From assembly GCA_964642925.1 (NCBI GenBank), contig CAZXPJ010000002.1, forward strand, positions 80,494 through 144,493: DNA of 64,000 nt, in the 5' to 3' direction. Positions within the stretch are counted from its first letter, which is position 1. Each line of letters starts with the position of its first letter. Origin of the DNA: an uncultured Eubacteriales bacterium (GTDB taxonomy: Bacteria > Bacillota > Peptococcia > Peptococcales > SKKY01). The notes beneath the pieces were generated by a model that was not told the DNA's origin, ran no database searches, and saw only the letters and a list, made by a program, of their open reading frames with translations. Below are positions 1 through 9,987 of the stretch, piece by piece. A program made the translations under genes and the position numbers.

Positions 1-79
1 TTCAAATGGGAGGCAATGAAGCTTATGCCCCCGTTTGTCGCCCATGTTATTTAAAGAGAAAGTATAAGTATTAAAAGAA

Positions 80-643
80 CTAAACTTTTATTATTTCATC
101 TTCCGTTATAATTAAATCCACAGGAATGTCATGCTTTTCAAAAGAAATTTTATCCACTAACTGTAGGGCAAAAGCCACTGCAGTTTTATTTTTCCCTTTA
201 TATTTTTTAAAAAACTTATCATAATAGCCTTTTCCATATCCAATTCGCCAACCATTTTTATCAAAGGCAAGCCCCGGAACCACAACAAAATCAAAGTCCT
301 GGGGAACAATAGCTTTTTCATCAAATTTCGGTTCTCCAATACCAAATTTATTAATAGTAAAATCCCTAAGGTTTTTAATTAAAACAGGATACATCGAGTC
401 ATCAGCCTTATTAATATAAGGCACATAAACTTCTTTTGTTTTTAATGCATCTTGTAAAATTTCAGTAGTATCTACTTCACTGCCAAAAGATAGAAAACAA
501 AAAAGTGTTTTACTCTTTTTATATTCTTCAGATGCAAGCAGCTTTTTTGTAATTATATTACTTTTAACTTTAATCTCTTCTAATGAAAGCAAGTCTCTTT
601 TTAACAATATTTCCTTCCGTAAAGTTTTCTTCAAATAAATCAC
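80..643 (-). CDS. 5-formyltetrahydrofolate cyclo-ligase
   Basis: 187-aa ORF. Its length and the C-terminal GYGKGYYDKF motif are typical of the 5-FTHF cyclo-ligase (MTHFS) family. Confidence 0.75.
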   Translation of the reverse strand: MIYLKKTLRKEILLKRDLLSLEEIKVKSNIITKKLLASEEYKKSKTLFCFLSFGSEVDTTEILQDALKTKEVYVPYINKADDSMYPVLIKNLRDFTINKFGIGEPKFDEKAIVPQDFDFVVVPGLAFDKNGWRIGYGKGYYDKFFKKYKGKNKTAVAFALQLVDKISFEKHDIPVDLIITEDEIIKV

Positions 644-699
644 CCCATAAAGAATTATATACTTAATTGTAAAAAAAGTATTAATTCTTAAAATAGTAC

Positions 700-728
700 T
701 TGAAAAATCTTCTCCGTTAAATTATTAT
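700..728 (+). promoter_or_regulatory. sigma-A type promoter of groES-groEL
   Basis: TTGAAA (700-705), a 17-nt spacer, then TATTAT (723-728). It lies immediately upstream of the CIRCE element. Confidence 0.55.
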
Positions 729-738
729 AGTAAATAGA

Positions 739-765
739 TTAGCACTCATCAAGAGAGAGTGCTAA
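739..765 (+). promoter_or_regulatory. CIRCE operator (HrcA binding site)
   Basis: TTAGCACTC-N9-GAGTGCTAA is a perfect match to the CIRCE inverted-repeat consensus. It sits between the promoter and groES. Confidence 0.92.
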
Positions 766-815
766 TAATATTATAAAAAATAAATTAAAATAAAGGTATT
801 AGGAGGGTGACAAAA

Positions 816-1100
816 ATGATTAAACCATTAGCAGACAGATTAGCACTAAAACTTATCCCAACAGAGGAAATGACAGCAAGCGGTATTGTATTACCGGATT
901 CTGCAAAAGAAAAGCCACAAAAGGGTGAAGTAATTGCGGTAGGTTCAGGAAGAGTTCTTGAAAATGGAACAAGAATGCCTAGTGAAGTAAAAGTAGGAGA
1001 TATCGTATTATTCTCTAAGTACACAGGAATGGAACACACTATAAATGGAGAAAAAATATTAATTTTAGCAGAGAGAGATCTTTTAGCAATATTAAATTAA
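816..1100 (+). CDS. groES: co-chaperonin GroES
   Basis: [12 protein letters not shown]... is a typical Cpn10 sequence. AGGAGG at 801-806 lies 9 nt upstream of the ATG at 816. The ORF-track start at 807 (GTG) overlaps the RBS. Confidence 0.95.
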   Translation: MIKPLADRLALKLIPTEEMTASGIVLPDSAKEKPQKGEVIAVGSGRVLENGTRMPSEVKVGDIVLFSKYTGMEHTINGEKILILAERDLLAILN

Positions 1101-1118
1101 ATTACAGAATATACTTAA

Positions 1119-2777
<1,659 letters not shown>

Positions 2778-2788
2778 GCAACAAGCTT

Positions 2789-2819
2789 AAGCCATCGGAG
2801 AAATCCGATGGCTTTTTTA
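2789..2819 (+). terminator. intrinsic terminator after groEL
   Basis: AGCCATCGGA-GAAA-TCCGATGGCT hairpin followed by TTTTTT. Confidence 0.8.
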
Positions 2820-2887
2820 TACAATAATTATATTTTTGTGGTACAATGGCCAATGTAGTAAAACAAATCGCATGAGGAGTGTTAAAT

Positions 2888-3514
2888 ATGAGTAATGCAG
2901 GCTATCAGGTTAGAGAAAGAAAAAGTGATGTAAAAGCAAAAAAATTAAGAAGAGAAAAGATAATTCCAGGTATTCTCTATGGTACTGGATTTGATCAATC
3001 CTTAATGATCGAAATGGATCAAAAAGAATTGACTAAATTAATGAGAGAAAACTCTTATTCTTCTTCAATTCCTTTAACAGGTTTAGAAAAAGACATTAAT
3101 GTTATTATTAAAGAAATCCAAACTAACTTCTTAACAGGAATACCTACACACTTTGATTTCCAAGCTATCAAAAAAGGTGAAATCGTAACTGTTGCAATTC
3201 CTATTAGAATTGTTGGAGAAGAGGCACTTAAAGGAAAAGATATCTTTATTCAAATTGACCTTAATGAAGTAAACATTAGAGGACCAATAGAGAAATTACC
3301 AAGTCACATTGATGTAGATGTAAGTAGTTTCGAACTTAATGATAGAATAGTATTATCTGAACTGGAATTTGATGAGGCCCTAGAGATTCAAGAAGAACCA
3401 GAAGCTATTGTTTGTATAGCTCACTCTTCAATAGTTGAAGAGGAAGAAGAAGAAGAAACAGACGAGCCAGCAGCTGAAGTAGCTACTGATAAAGAAGCAG
3501 AAACAAAAGAATAA
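2888..3514 (+). CDS. ctc: 50S ribosomal protein L25 / general stress protein Ctc
   Basis: The N-terminal L25 fold sequence (RRE.KIPGILYG) and the acidic C-terminal tail are typical of Ctc-type bL25. GAGGAG RBS lies 8 nt before the ATG at 2888. Confidence 0.85.
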   Translation: MSNAGYQVRERKSDVKAKKLRREKIIPGILYGTGFDQSLMIEMDQKELTKLMRENSYSSSIPLTGLEKDINVIIKEIQTNFLTGIPTHFDFQAIKKGEIVTVAIPIRIVGEEALKGKDIFIQIDLNEVNIRGPIEKLPSHIDVDVSSFELNDRIVLSELEFDEALEIQEEPEAIVCIAHSSIVEEEEEEETDEPAAEVATDKEAETKE

Positions 3515-3538
3515 AAATAAAAACAAAACATTAAATTG

Positions 3539-3570
3539 AAACCCCCATCTAAAAAAGATGGGGGTTTCCT
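3539..3570 (+). terminator. terminator after ctc
   Basis: AAACCCCCATCT-AAAAA-AGATGGGGGTTT, a 12-bp stem. Confidence 0.7.
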
Positions 3571-3852
3571 ATTTGTAAAAATATAGGGTATATTTAATAA
3601 AAGGGTATAATAAAGAAAAAAGGAAACTGATTAACAGTTTCCTAAGATTTCATAATTGACCCTACTGGTCGAGTCATTTGACCCATTTAGTTTAAAAATT
3701 TATTTTAACTCGATATGTGAAGTTGAATGGATAAAGCAGTTAAGCGATTGAGGGAAGTTTTAGAGGTATGTGATTCTGAATGATATTATGGTATTTAAAT
3801 TTTGGTTTAATATCTTATTTTATAGTAAAATAATAATAAGTTTAAACATAGG

Positions 3853-3888
3853 TTCCCTGGGATTTTTCCCGGGGAATTCTTTTTTTTC
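3853..3888 (+). terminator. strong orphan intrinsic terminator (no annotated gene upstream)
   Basis: A 10-bp stem, TTCCCTGGGA-TTTT-TCCCGGGGAA (one G-U pair), is followed by TTCTTTTTTTT. It lies about 280 nt downstream of the ctc terminator, and no ORF longer than 20 aa lies between them on the + strand. Confidence 0.75.
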
Positions 3889-3979
3889 TTGCCTATTCTT
3901 TCTTTTTCTACTCTTTTCATCTCGCTTTCTCTCATAATTTCCCTAAAACAGACCTTTTCTTTCTAAATGCGTGTTTTAA

Positions 3980-4022
3980 CCTTTTTTCCATGACCTTGTA
4001 TTATCTAGTCATGGAAGGGAGG
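3980..4022 (+). promoter_or_regulatory. Shine-Dalgarno-sequestering hairpin in the leader of the DUF1659/DUF2922 operon
   Basis: CCTTTTTTCCATGAC (3980-3994) pairs with GTCATGGAAGGGAGG (4008-4022), giving 12 Watson-Crick and 3 G-U pairs with a 13-nt loop. The 3' arm contains the whole SD GGAAGGGAGG, 7 nt before the ATG at 4030. Confidence 0.5.
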
Positions 4023-4029
4023 TGATCAC

Positions 4030-4254
4030 ATGGCAGTTATAGTTAATCCATTGGATACAAAAATGGTCCTAGCTTTTCAAGTAGGGACTACAGAAGATGG
4101 CAAAGCAATTATTAAGAAAAAAACTTACTCAAAAGTAAAATCAGATGCAACAAATGAAGATTTTCATGAAGTAGCTTTAGCGATTGCAAGTCTTCAAACA
4201 AACCTAGTAGATGATATCTACAGAGATGACTTAATGACAATTGAAGAGGAGTAA
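4030..4254 (+). CDS. DUF1659 family small protein
   Basis: 74 aa. The pattern (L.F..G...dGk.i.k.KtysnVK.dAt.ed...va.ai.sLQ) matches my recollection of DUF1659. Its pairing with a DUF2922 gene is typical in Firmicutes. Confidence 0.65.
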   Translation: MAVIVNPLDTKMVLAFQVGTTEDGKAIIKKKTYSKVKSDATNEDFHEVALAIASLQTNLVDDIYRDDLMTIEEE

Positions 4255-4297
4255 AAATTTAACGGTTTTTAAATCATAGGAGAAGGGAGGGAAGAAC

Positions 4298-4522
4298 ATG
4301 GAAACAAAAGTATTAGAGTTAATCTTTATTAATGCTGGGGGTAAAAAAGTTACATTATCACTTAATGATCCTAGAGAAGATCTTACGGAAGTAGAAGTAA
4401 GGGGAGTAATGGATCAGATTATTGCTAAAAACTTATTTAATACTACAGCTGGAGATATTGCAGCAGTAAGCGGAGCAAGAGTTGTCAGTAGAGTAGTTGC
4501 GGATATTTATGAAGTTGAATAA
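4298..4522 (+). CDS. DUF2922 family small protein
   Basis: 74 aa. K.LEL.F.N..GK.VT.SL..P.. then ..V...M..II..N.F....GD matches my recollection of DUF2922. Strong RBS GGAGAAGGGAGGG. Confidence 0.65.
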   Translation: METKVLELIFINAGGKKVTLSLNDPREDLTEVEVRGVMDQIIAKNLFNTTAGDIAAVSGARVVSRVVADIYEVE

Positions 4523-4542
4523 TAAAAAAGGAGAGGTATTTT

Positions 4543-4572
4543 ATTAAGGGATCTGGAAAGATCCCTTAATTT
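4543..4572 (+). terminator. hairpin after the DUF2922 gene
   Basis: ATTAAGGGATC-TGGAAA-GATCCCTTAAT, an 11-bp perfect stem. The U-tract is weak. Confidence 0.5.
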
Positions 4573-4663
4573 AAAATAAATGAGGAATATTACATATAAT
4601 AGAGAAACATATATATGGGGAGGTAAAAATTAAAACAAAATAATCTAAGGAGATGAAATAACT

Positions 4664-5176
4664 TTGAAGAAAGTAATTACACTAGATAACATAGCGATTG
4701 TCGAGGCAATAATTCCATTAAGAGAAGAAAATGGGGGAAATTTCACGAAAGTCATAATTGAGAATGGTTTTGAATGGACAGAGGAGGTAAGGTGTAGTAC
4801 ATATATAAAAAAACTAGCAAGAGTAGTATCTTTTGATACGCAAGCTTGGATTGCCAATGCATCCAAGGTAATAAGCAGGTCTTATGGTATTCCTTTGCCA
4901 CTGCACCCAGGAGTTGTATTGGTTCCAGTTAAGGTAAGGATAGCGGAATATAAAGATGAGGGAACTAGTGGTTATGTTAACCTACTGAAAATAGAAGGAA
5001 TGGAAAGAGTTGATAAAAAGATAACTAGATTGTTCTTCACTAGCGGACTTGAAATAGATGTAATGAGTAGTTATGGAAATCTTAATCCACTTTTAATACA
5101 AGCAAAATGTTGTTACAAAATTCAGTTTGAAAGTTTCAGGAATTTCTTTAAACAAAAAGAAAAGATATTACCCTAG
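4664..5176 (+). CDS. ComK-like competence transcription factor (tentative)
   Basis: 170 aa with a TTG start and AAGGAG RBS. Its architecture resembles ComK (PF06338): VEAIIP near the N-terminus, a central IPLPLHPGVVLVPVKV segment (compare PPIMVDP..IFLFPT), then T.LFFTSGLEIDV..SY and Q at the C-terminal end. Similarity was judged by eye only. Confidence 0.5.
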   Translation: MKKVITLDNIAIVEAIIPLREENGGNFTKVIIENGFEWTEEVRCSTYIKKLARVVSFDTQAWIANASKVISRSYGIPLPLHPGVVLVPVKVRIAEYKDEGTSGYVNLLKIEGMERVDKKITRLFFTSGLEIDVMSSYGNLNPLLIQAKCCYKIQFESFRNFFKQKEKILP

Positions 5177-5211
5177 AAGAAAAAATATCTATATCCCCAA
5201 AAAAAGATAAA

Positions 5212-5246
5212 AAAAGCTTTTCGTTATTAATGAAAAGCTTTTTTTG
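5212..5246 (+). terminator. terminator after the ComK-like gene
   Basis: AAAAGCTTTT ... AAAAGCTTTT, a 10-bp self-complementary stem with an 11-nt loop, followed by a T-run. Confidence 0.65.
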
Positions 5247-5910
5247 ATTTTATCTTTATAGGGTATGTATTTGTAAATTAGGTCTTATGTTCTATCAAAA
5301 ATCAATTTTTCATTCGATCTTATTTTAAAAACTCATCAAATTTGTGAAGCTTATTCAAAGATTAATTAGGCCGCATAACTTGATAGGAATGAAGAAAATG
5401 CTACTACTAAAGTTCCTACTAAAACCTAAGATATTGTTTTACTAGCAATAATTAAAGCTTTTTTGTGAAGATAGAATCAAATACTCAAATAAAAGTTATA
5501 AAACAAGCCCATCGTTTAATACCCTATTGATAAAGAATCAAGTTACAAAGTGTTCATTAATAAATATGAAAAAAAGTTAGAACAAAAAATAGAATAAATA
5601 ATCCATATTACAAGTCTCCGACAGAGGAAGGTAGGGACTATAGAGTGAGATGTTTATCTATCTCTATTAAACTTGTTTCTTCTGCTAGTTTACTTAAAAT
5701 TTCGTAGCTTACTGCATCATCCAATATTAATAAGTTATGAAGCATGTTATTCTCATCTTTAAGCAATTTAATAAAAGAAATTTTTGAGAAATTAATTTTA
5801 CCTTTGAGCTATTACACTTTATAATGGTACTATAATCAGTACTAAAGTCGTGTTATAATATTCATATATATTTTTAATACATAGGATTTTGTTTACAAGG
5901 AGAAAATAAA

Positions 5911-6438
5911 TTGAGAAGAAAAGACAGAGAAATGGATAAGGAATTTGCTTTAGAAGTGATTGACAATTCTGCTTATGGAGTTGTCTCCATGGTAGGGGAG
6001 TCTGGCATTCCTTACGGGATTCCTTTATCTATTGTAAGAGATGATAATAATTTATATTTTCATTCGGCAATGTCGGGGAAAAAAGTAAATATATTACAGG
6101 ATAATTCTAAAGTTAGTGTAACTTTTGTAGGGGAAGTAAAAGTTCCTGATATCTATAATAAAGAAGAACTAGATAAAATTATTCAAAATAAAGAAAAAGC
6201 GGGAAAGATAATCAGCAGTAAAGTATTTACTACAGAGTTTGAATCGGCAATTATTTTTGGACAAGTAAAACTTTTAGAAGAAAAGGAAGAAAAAATTAAG
6301 GGACTTAGACTTATATGTGAAAAATATACTCCTTCAAAAATGGAATATTTCCCAATTGCAATTGAGTCTGGATTAAACATAACTAATATCTATAAAATTG
6401 AAATAGAGGAAATAACAGCTAAGAGAAAGAAAATATAA
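5911..6438 (+). CDS. pyridoxamine 5'-phosphate oxidase family (FMN-binding, Nim-like) protein
   Basis: 175 aa with a TTG start. The N-terminus MRRKDREM....A.EV.....YGV.SM is characteristic of the Pyridox_ox_2 / NimA-like family. Confidence 0.7.
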   Translation: MRRKDREMDKEFALEVIDNSAYGVVSMVGESGIPYGIPLSIVRDDNNLYFHSAMSGKKVNILQDNSKVSVTFVGEVKVPDIYNKEELDKIIQNKEKAGKIISSKVFTTEFESAIIFGQVKLLEEKEEKIKGLRLICEKYTPSKMEYFPIAIESGLNITNIYKIEIEEITAKRKKI

Positions 6439-6448
6439 TTAAGAAAGA

Positions 6449-8698
6449 ATGATGCATATGAGAAAGAAGATTATATTAATATTACTGTTAACAATAATCT
6501 TTATTTCCAATGGCTATGCTCTGAACGAAAATTTTGAATACCAAAATTTTTTTGAAAATACTAAGGAAATAATATTAATTATTGACTCATCTACAGGACA
6601 AATAGTAGATGCTAATAAAGCTGCGGCAAATTTCTACGGCTATACTAGATCAGAACTTATAAAGATGAATATTAAAGAAATTAATACCTTAGCAGAAAAA
6701 GAAATAGAAAAAGAAATAGTAAAAGCTTCAAGAGATAATATTGATTCTTTTAATTTTGAGCATAAGCTCAAGGATGGTAGTATAAGACAGGTGGAGGTCT
6801 TTTCTTCTCCTATAGTTGAGGTAGATGGTGAAACAAAACTATTCTCAGTTATTCATGATATAACAGAAAAGAAACTTGCTGAAAAAGAAGCTGCTAGACA
6901 GACTAGAATAACATTTTATATTTTAGGAGCTTTTATATTAATTTTACTTAATTCCGTTTCTTTGATAAATAAAGCAAAAAAAGCAGAAGCTAAAACAAAG
7001 GATAAGTATAAAAATCTTTTTGAGCATATGCAGGAGGGTTTTGCCCTCCATGAGATTATCTTGGATGATGCTGGTAAGCCTGTAGATTATCGTTTTTTAG
7101 AAGCAAATAAAGCATTTGAAAGGATTACAGGATTAAAAATAAAGGATATAAGGGGCAAAACAGTAAAAGAAGTTTTACCAAATACAGAGGATTATTGGAT
7201 TGAAAAATATGGTGAGGTTGCCCTTAGTGAACATTCTTTATTCTTCCCGAATTTTTCCATTGAAATGAATAAACATTTTAATGTTAGTGTTTATAGTCCA
7301 TCTCCCAAAAAATTTGCTACGATTTTTACAGATATATCACTAGAGAAAGTAATTCAAGAGAAGATATCAATAGATAGAAATTTGTTCAGGACCACTATTG
7401 ATTCTATTGGAGATGGTGTGATTTCCACGGATATAGATGGAAATGTCAATATAATGAACAAGGTAGCAGAAGAATTAACGGGTTGGGAAAGATCTGCTGC
7501 TAAAGGCATGCCCATTCAAAGAGTCTTTAATATTGTTAACGGAAGCACGGATCAGCCCTGTACAGGTATTTTAGATTCAGTTATTAAAAAAGGCCAAACT
7601 ATAGAATTGGAGAAGGATACTTTTCTAGTCAAAAAGAATAATGAAAGAATTACCATTGAGGACAGTGCATCCCCAATTAAGGATGAAAATGGGCAGATTA
7701 AAGGTGCAGTTATAGTCTTTAGAGACTATACAGAGAAAAAAGAAAAGCAAGATAAAATAGAATATCTTAGTTATCATGATAATATTACTGGTTTATATAA
7801 TAGACATTTCTTGGAAGAAGAAATGAAACGATTAGATGTAGAACGTAACTTACCTATTACTATAGGTATGATAGATGTTAATGGTCTAAAAATGGTCAAC
7901 GATGTTTTTGGTCACGACTCAGGGGATTGGTTATTAAGAAAAATTGCTGATGTTTTAAAAGAACAATGTAGGGCTGATGATATTGTTGCTAGATTCGGTG
8001 GAGATGAATTTGTCATCTTATTACCAAAAACAAATAGCAAAGATACAGAATTAATAATGAATAGAATAAATAAAGCTCTAGATATACTAGAAAAAGAAAA
8101 CTTTATTCTGTCCGTGTCTGCTGGTTGGAGTACAAAAGAAAATATAAATCAGGAAATGAAAGAGGTTCTAGAAGAAGCCGAAAGCCGTATGTATCAAAAA
8201 AAGATTACGGAAACGCAGAAAATGAGACATAGAACAATTGATTTAATATTAAAGAAATATTATGAGGATAATCCTAAAGAAAAGGCCCACTCGGAAGAGG
8301 TGGGGGAGTTAAGTAGTAAAATAGGGAAATTAATGAATTTAAATGATGAAAAGATTAGAGATTTAAGATTAGCTGGACTCACCCATGATATTGGGAAAAG
8401 TGTAACGGGCTTAAAAATTGATAAAATTAAACGACACCCTGAAATTGGTTATCAAATAATTAAATCAGCAGATAAATATTCTAATGTGGCTGAAATTATT
8501 TTATCCCACCATGAAAGATGGGATGGAAAAGGATATCCAAGAAGACTATCAGGGGAAGAAATCCCCCTTGGAGCTAGGATTATGGCTGTTGCCCTGGCTT
8601 GGCTTAAGACAGAATCAATTGAAGACCTCCAGGAATGTTCAGGTAAGCAACTTGATCCAGAAATAGTTAAACTTTTTTTAGAATCTCTAACTGAGTAG
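6449..8698 (+). CDS. membrane-anchored PAS/PAC - GGDEF - HD-GYP c-di-GMP signalling protein
   Basis: 749 aa. It has an N-terminal hydrophobic segment and a second TM near aa 160-180, with several PAS-like segments. The GGDEF signature is [12 protein letters not shown]. The C-terminal HD-GYP signatures are HDIGK and [11 protein letters not shown]. Confidence 0.85.
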   Translation: MMHMRKKIILILLLTIIFISNGYALNENFEYQNFFENTKEIILIIDSSTGQIVDANKAAANFYGYTRSELIKMNIKEINTLAEKEIEKEIVKASRDNIDSFNFEHKLKDGSIRQVEVFSSPIVEVDGETKLFSVIHDITEKKLAEKEAARQTRITFYILGAFILILLNSVSLINKAKKAEAKTKDKYKNLFEHMQEGFALHEIILDDAGKPVDYRFLEANKAFERITGLKIKDIRGKTVKEVLPNTEDYWIEKYGEVALSEHSLFFPNFSIEMNKHFNVSVYSPSPKKFATIFTDISLEKVIQEKISIDRNLFRTTIDSIGDGVISTDIDGNVNIMNKVAEELTGWERSAAKGMPIQRVFNIVNGSTDQPCTGILDSVIKKGQTIELEKDTFLVKKNNERITIEDSASPIKDENGQIKGAVIVFRDYTEKKEKQDKIEYLSYHDNITGLYNRHFLEEEMKRLDVERNLPITIGMIDVNGLKMVNDVFGHDSGDWLLRKIADVLKEQCRADDIVARFGGDEFVILLPKTNSKDTELIMNRINKALDILEKENFILSVSAGWSTKENINQEMKEVLEEAESRMYQKKITETQKMRHRTIDLILKKYYEDNPKEKAHSEEVGELSSKIGKLMNLNDEKIRDLRLAGLTHDIGKSVTGLKIDKIKRHPEIGYQIIKSADKYSNVAEIILSHHERWDGKGYPRRLSGEEIPLGARIMAVALAWLKTESIEDLQECSGKQLDPEIVKLFLESLTE

Positions 8699-8708
8699 GA
8701 GAAGTAAA

Positions 8709-9164
8709 ATGTTATTAAAGGATACAATTTCTACTATCGAAAATTATATAAATGATAATATTTATGTTTATTATGAAATTTGCCAAGAATCTTCTAAGAG
8801 CCTTGAAGATGTGGTTAGGAATCTTGATGAAACTTTTTCTCAATCCTTGCTTAGGCTGATTGATGAAAAAAACATGACGGACACAGAAACCTATAAAAGG
8901 GCTAACATTGACCGGAAGCTTTTTTCAAAAATCCGTAATAAGGAAAACTACAAACCTAGTAAAATTACAGCGGTTTCTTTTGCCATTGCTTTAAAGCTAA
9001 ATTTGGATGAAACAAAGGATTTATTATTAAAAGCTGGCTTTGCTCTTTCAAATAGTAGTAAATTTGACCTTATTATTCAATATTTCCTAGAAGAGGAGAA
9101 TTACGATATATTTGAAATAAATGAAGCTTTACTTGCTTTTGACCAAAGCTTATTAGGACTATAA
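8709..9164 (+). CDS. helix-turn-helix domain protein (XRE-like), of the type commonly adjacent to vWA genes
   Basis: 151 aa. The central [18 protein letters not shown].....PSK..A..FA.AL.L...E...LL..AG..L motif is HTH-like. Confidence 0.6.
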   Translation: MLLKDTISTIENYINDNIYVYYEICQESSKSLEDVVRNLDETFSQSLLRLIDEKNMTDTETYKRANIDRKLFSKIRNKENYKPSKITAVSFAIALKLNLDETKDLLLKAGFALSNSSKFDLIIQYFLEEENYDIFEINEALLAFDQSLLGL

Positions 9165-9244
9165 AAATGTCGCTTCCTAAACGACCTAGCTAAATAATTG
9201 AAATGTTATCCTTAATTTATAATAAATGATTGGGGGATAATAAA

Positions 9245-9836
9245 ATGAAAAAAGACTTAATGGAGTTAGTATTTATACTTGATAGAAGTGGGTCAATGAG
9301 CGGTCTTGAAAGTGATACTATTGGTGGATATAATGGGCTTTTAGAAAAACAGAAGAAAGAATCTGGACAAGCGGTAATAACAACAGTGCTTTTTGATGAC
9401 AGGTATGAATTGTTACATGATCGGATTAATCTTCAAGGAATAAATCCCATTACTGATAAGGAATATTATGTACGGGGGACCACAGCTTTACTAGATGCAA
9501 TAGGTAAAACAATTAATAAAATAGCAAATGCCCAGAAGCATACCGGGAAAGAAGAGCAGGCAGATCAAGTAATGTTTGTGATAACTACTGATGGAATGGA
9601 AAATGCAAGTCGAGAATTTACTTATGAAAAATTCGTCAAATGATTGAAAAACAGAAGGAAAAGTATAATTGGGAATTAGTGAAGATAGGGCAGCAACCTA
9701 TAACTCTGATGAAGAAGGAACTAATCTTAATTACCAGGTACTTAATGAATTAGTAACTGATATGAGATTATACAATAGTATGCCAGCAGACTGGAAAAAT
9801 AAAATTGAAAAAGATCATGAAAAAAGAGGTAAGTAA
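9245..9836 (+). pseudogene. vWA (von Willebrand factor A) domain protein, disrupted
   Basis: The N-terminal part is intact with a MIDAS motif (VFILDRSGSM ... TTDGMEN) and stops at TGA 9641-9643. The homologous continuation QMIEKQKEKYNWEL reads in a second frame from 9637. The C-terminal EDRAATYNSDEEGTNLNYQVLNELV...DWKNKIEKDHEKRGK reads in the third frame from 9681 to the TAA at 9834-9836. Confidence 0.7.
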
Positions 9837-9845
9837 TAATCTTTG

Positions 9846-9881
9846 ATATCCTCCTACTTAAAAGTGTAGGGGGATATTTTT
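9846..9881 (+). terminator. terminator after the vWA pseudogene
   Basis: ATATCCTCCTAC-N8-GTAGGGGGATAT, a 12-bp stem, followed by TTTTT. Confidence 0.75.
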
Positions 9882-9987
9882 ACGTCAAAAATACTAACAG
9901 AATATTCTGATAATATGTTTAAATGGAATAAGAGGCGGGTATGTCATTAATAAGCAACAAAATTAAAAGAGAAGGAGTTAGTTAAAA

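Noticed and set aside
1-74. Possible 3' end of an upstream + strand gene. Two frames are open, one ending ...GGNEAYAPVCRPCYLKRKYKY* at 72-74 and one ending at 52-54.
   Set aside because: There is too little sequence to choose a frame or a family.
3807-3935. 42-aa minus-strand ORF (MRESEMKRVEKERIGKKKKNSPGKIPGNLCLNLLLFYYKIRY). It would be antisense to the + strand micro-ORF and could suggest a type I toxin-antitoxin layout.
   Set aside because: It reads straight through the + strand terminator hairpin. Its hydrophobic stretch is too short and lies C-terminal of a long Lys-rich region, unlike known type I toxins. No minus-strand terminator is visible. It is mentioned only under the orphan-unit finding.
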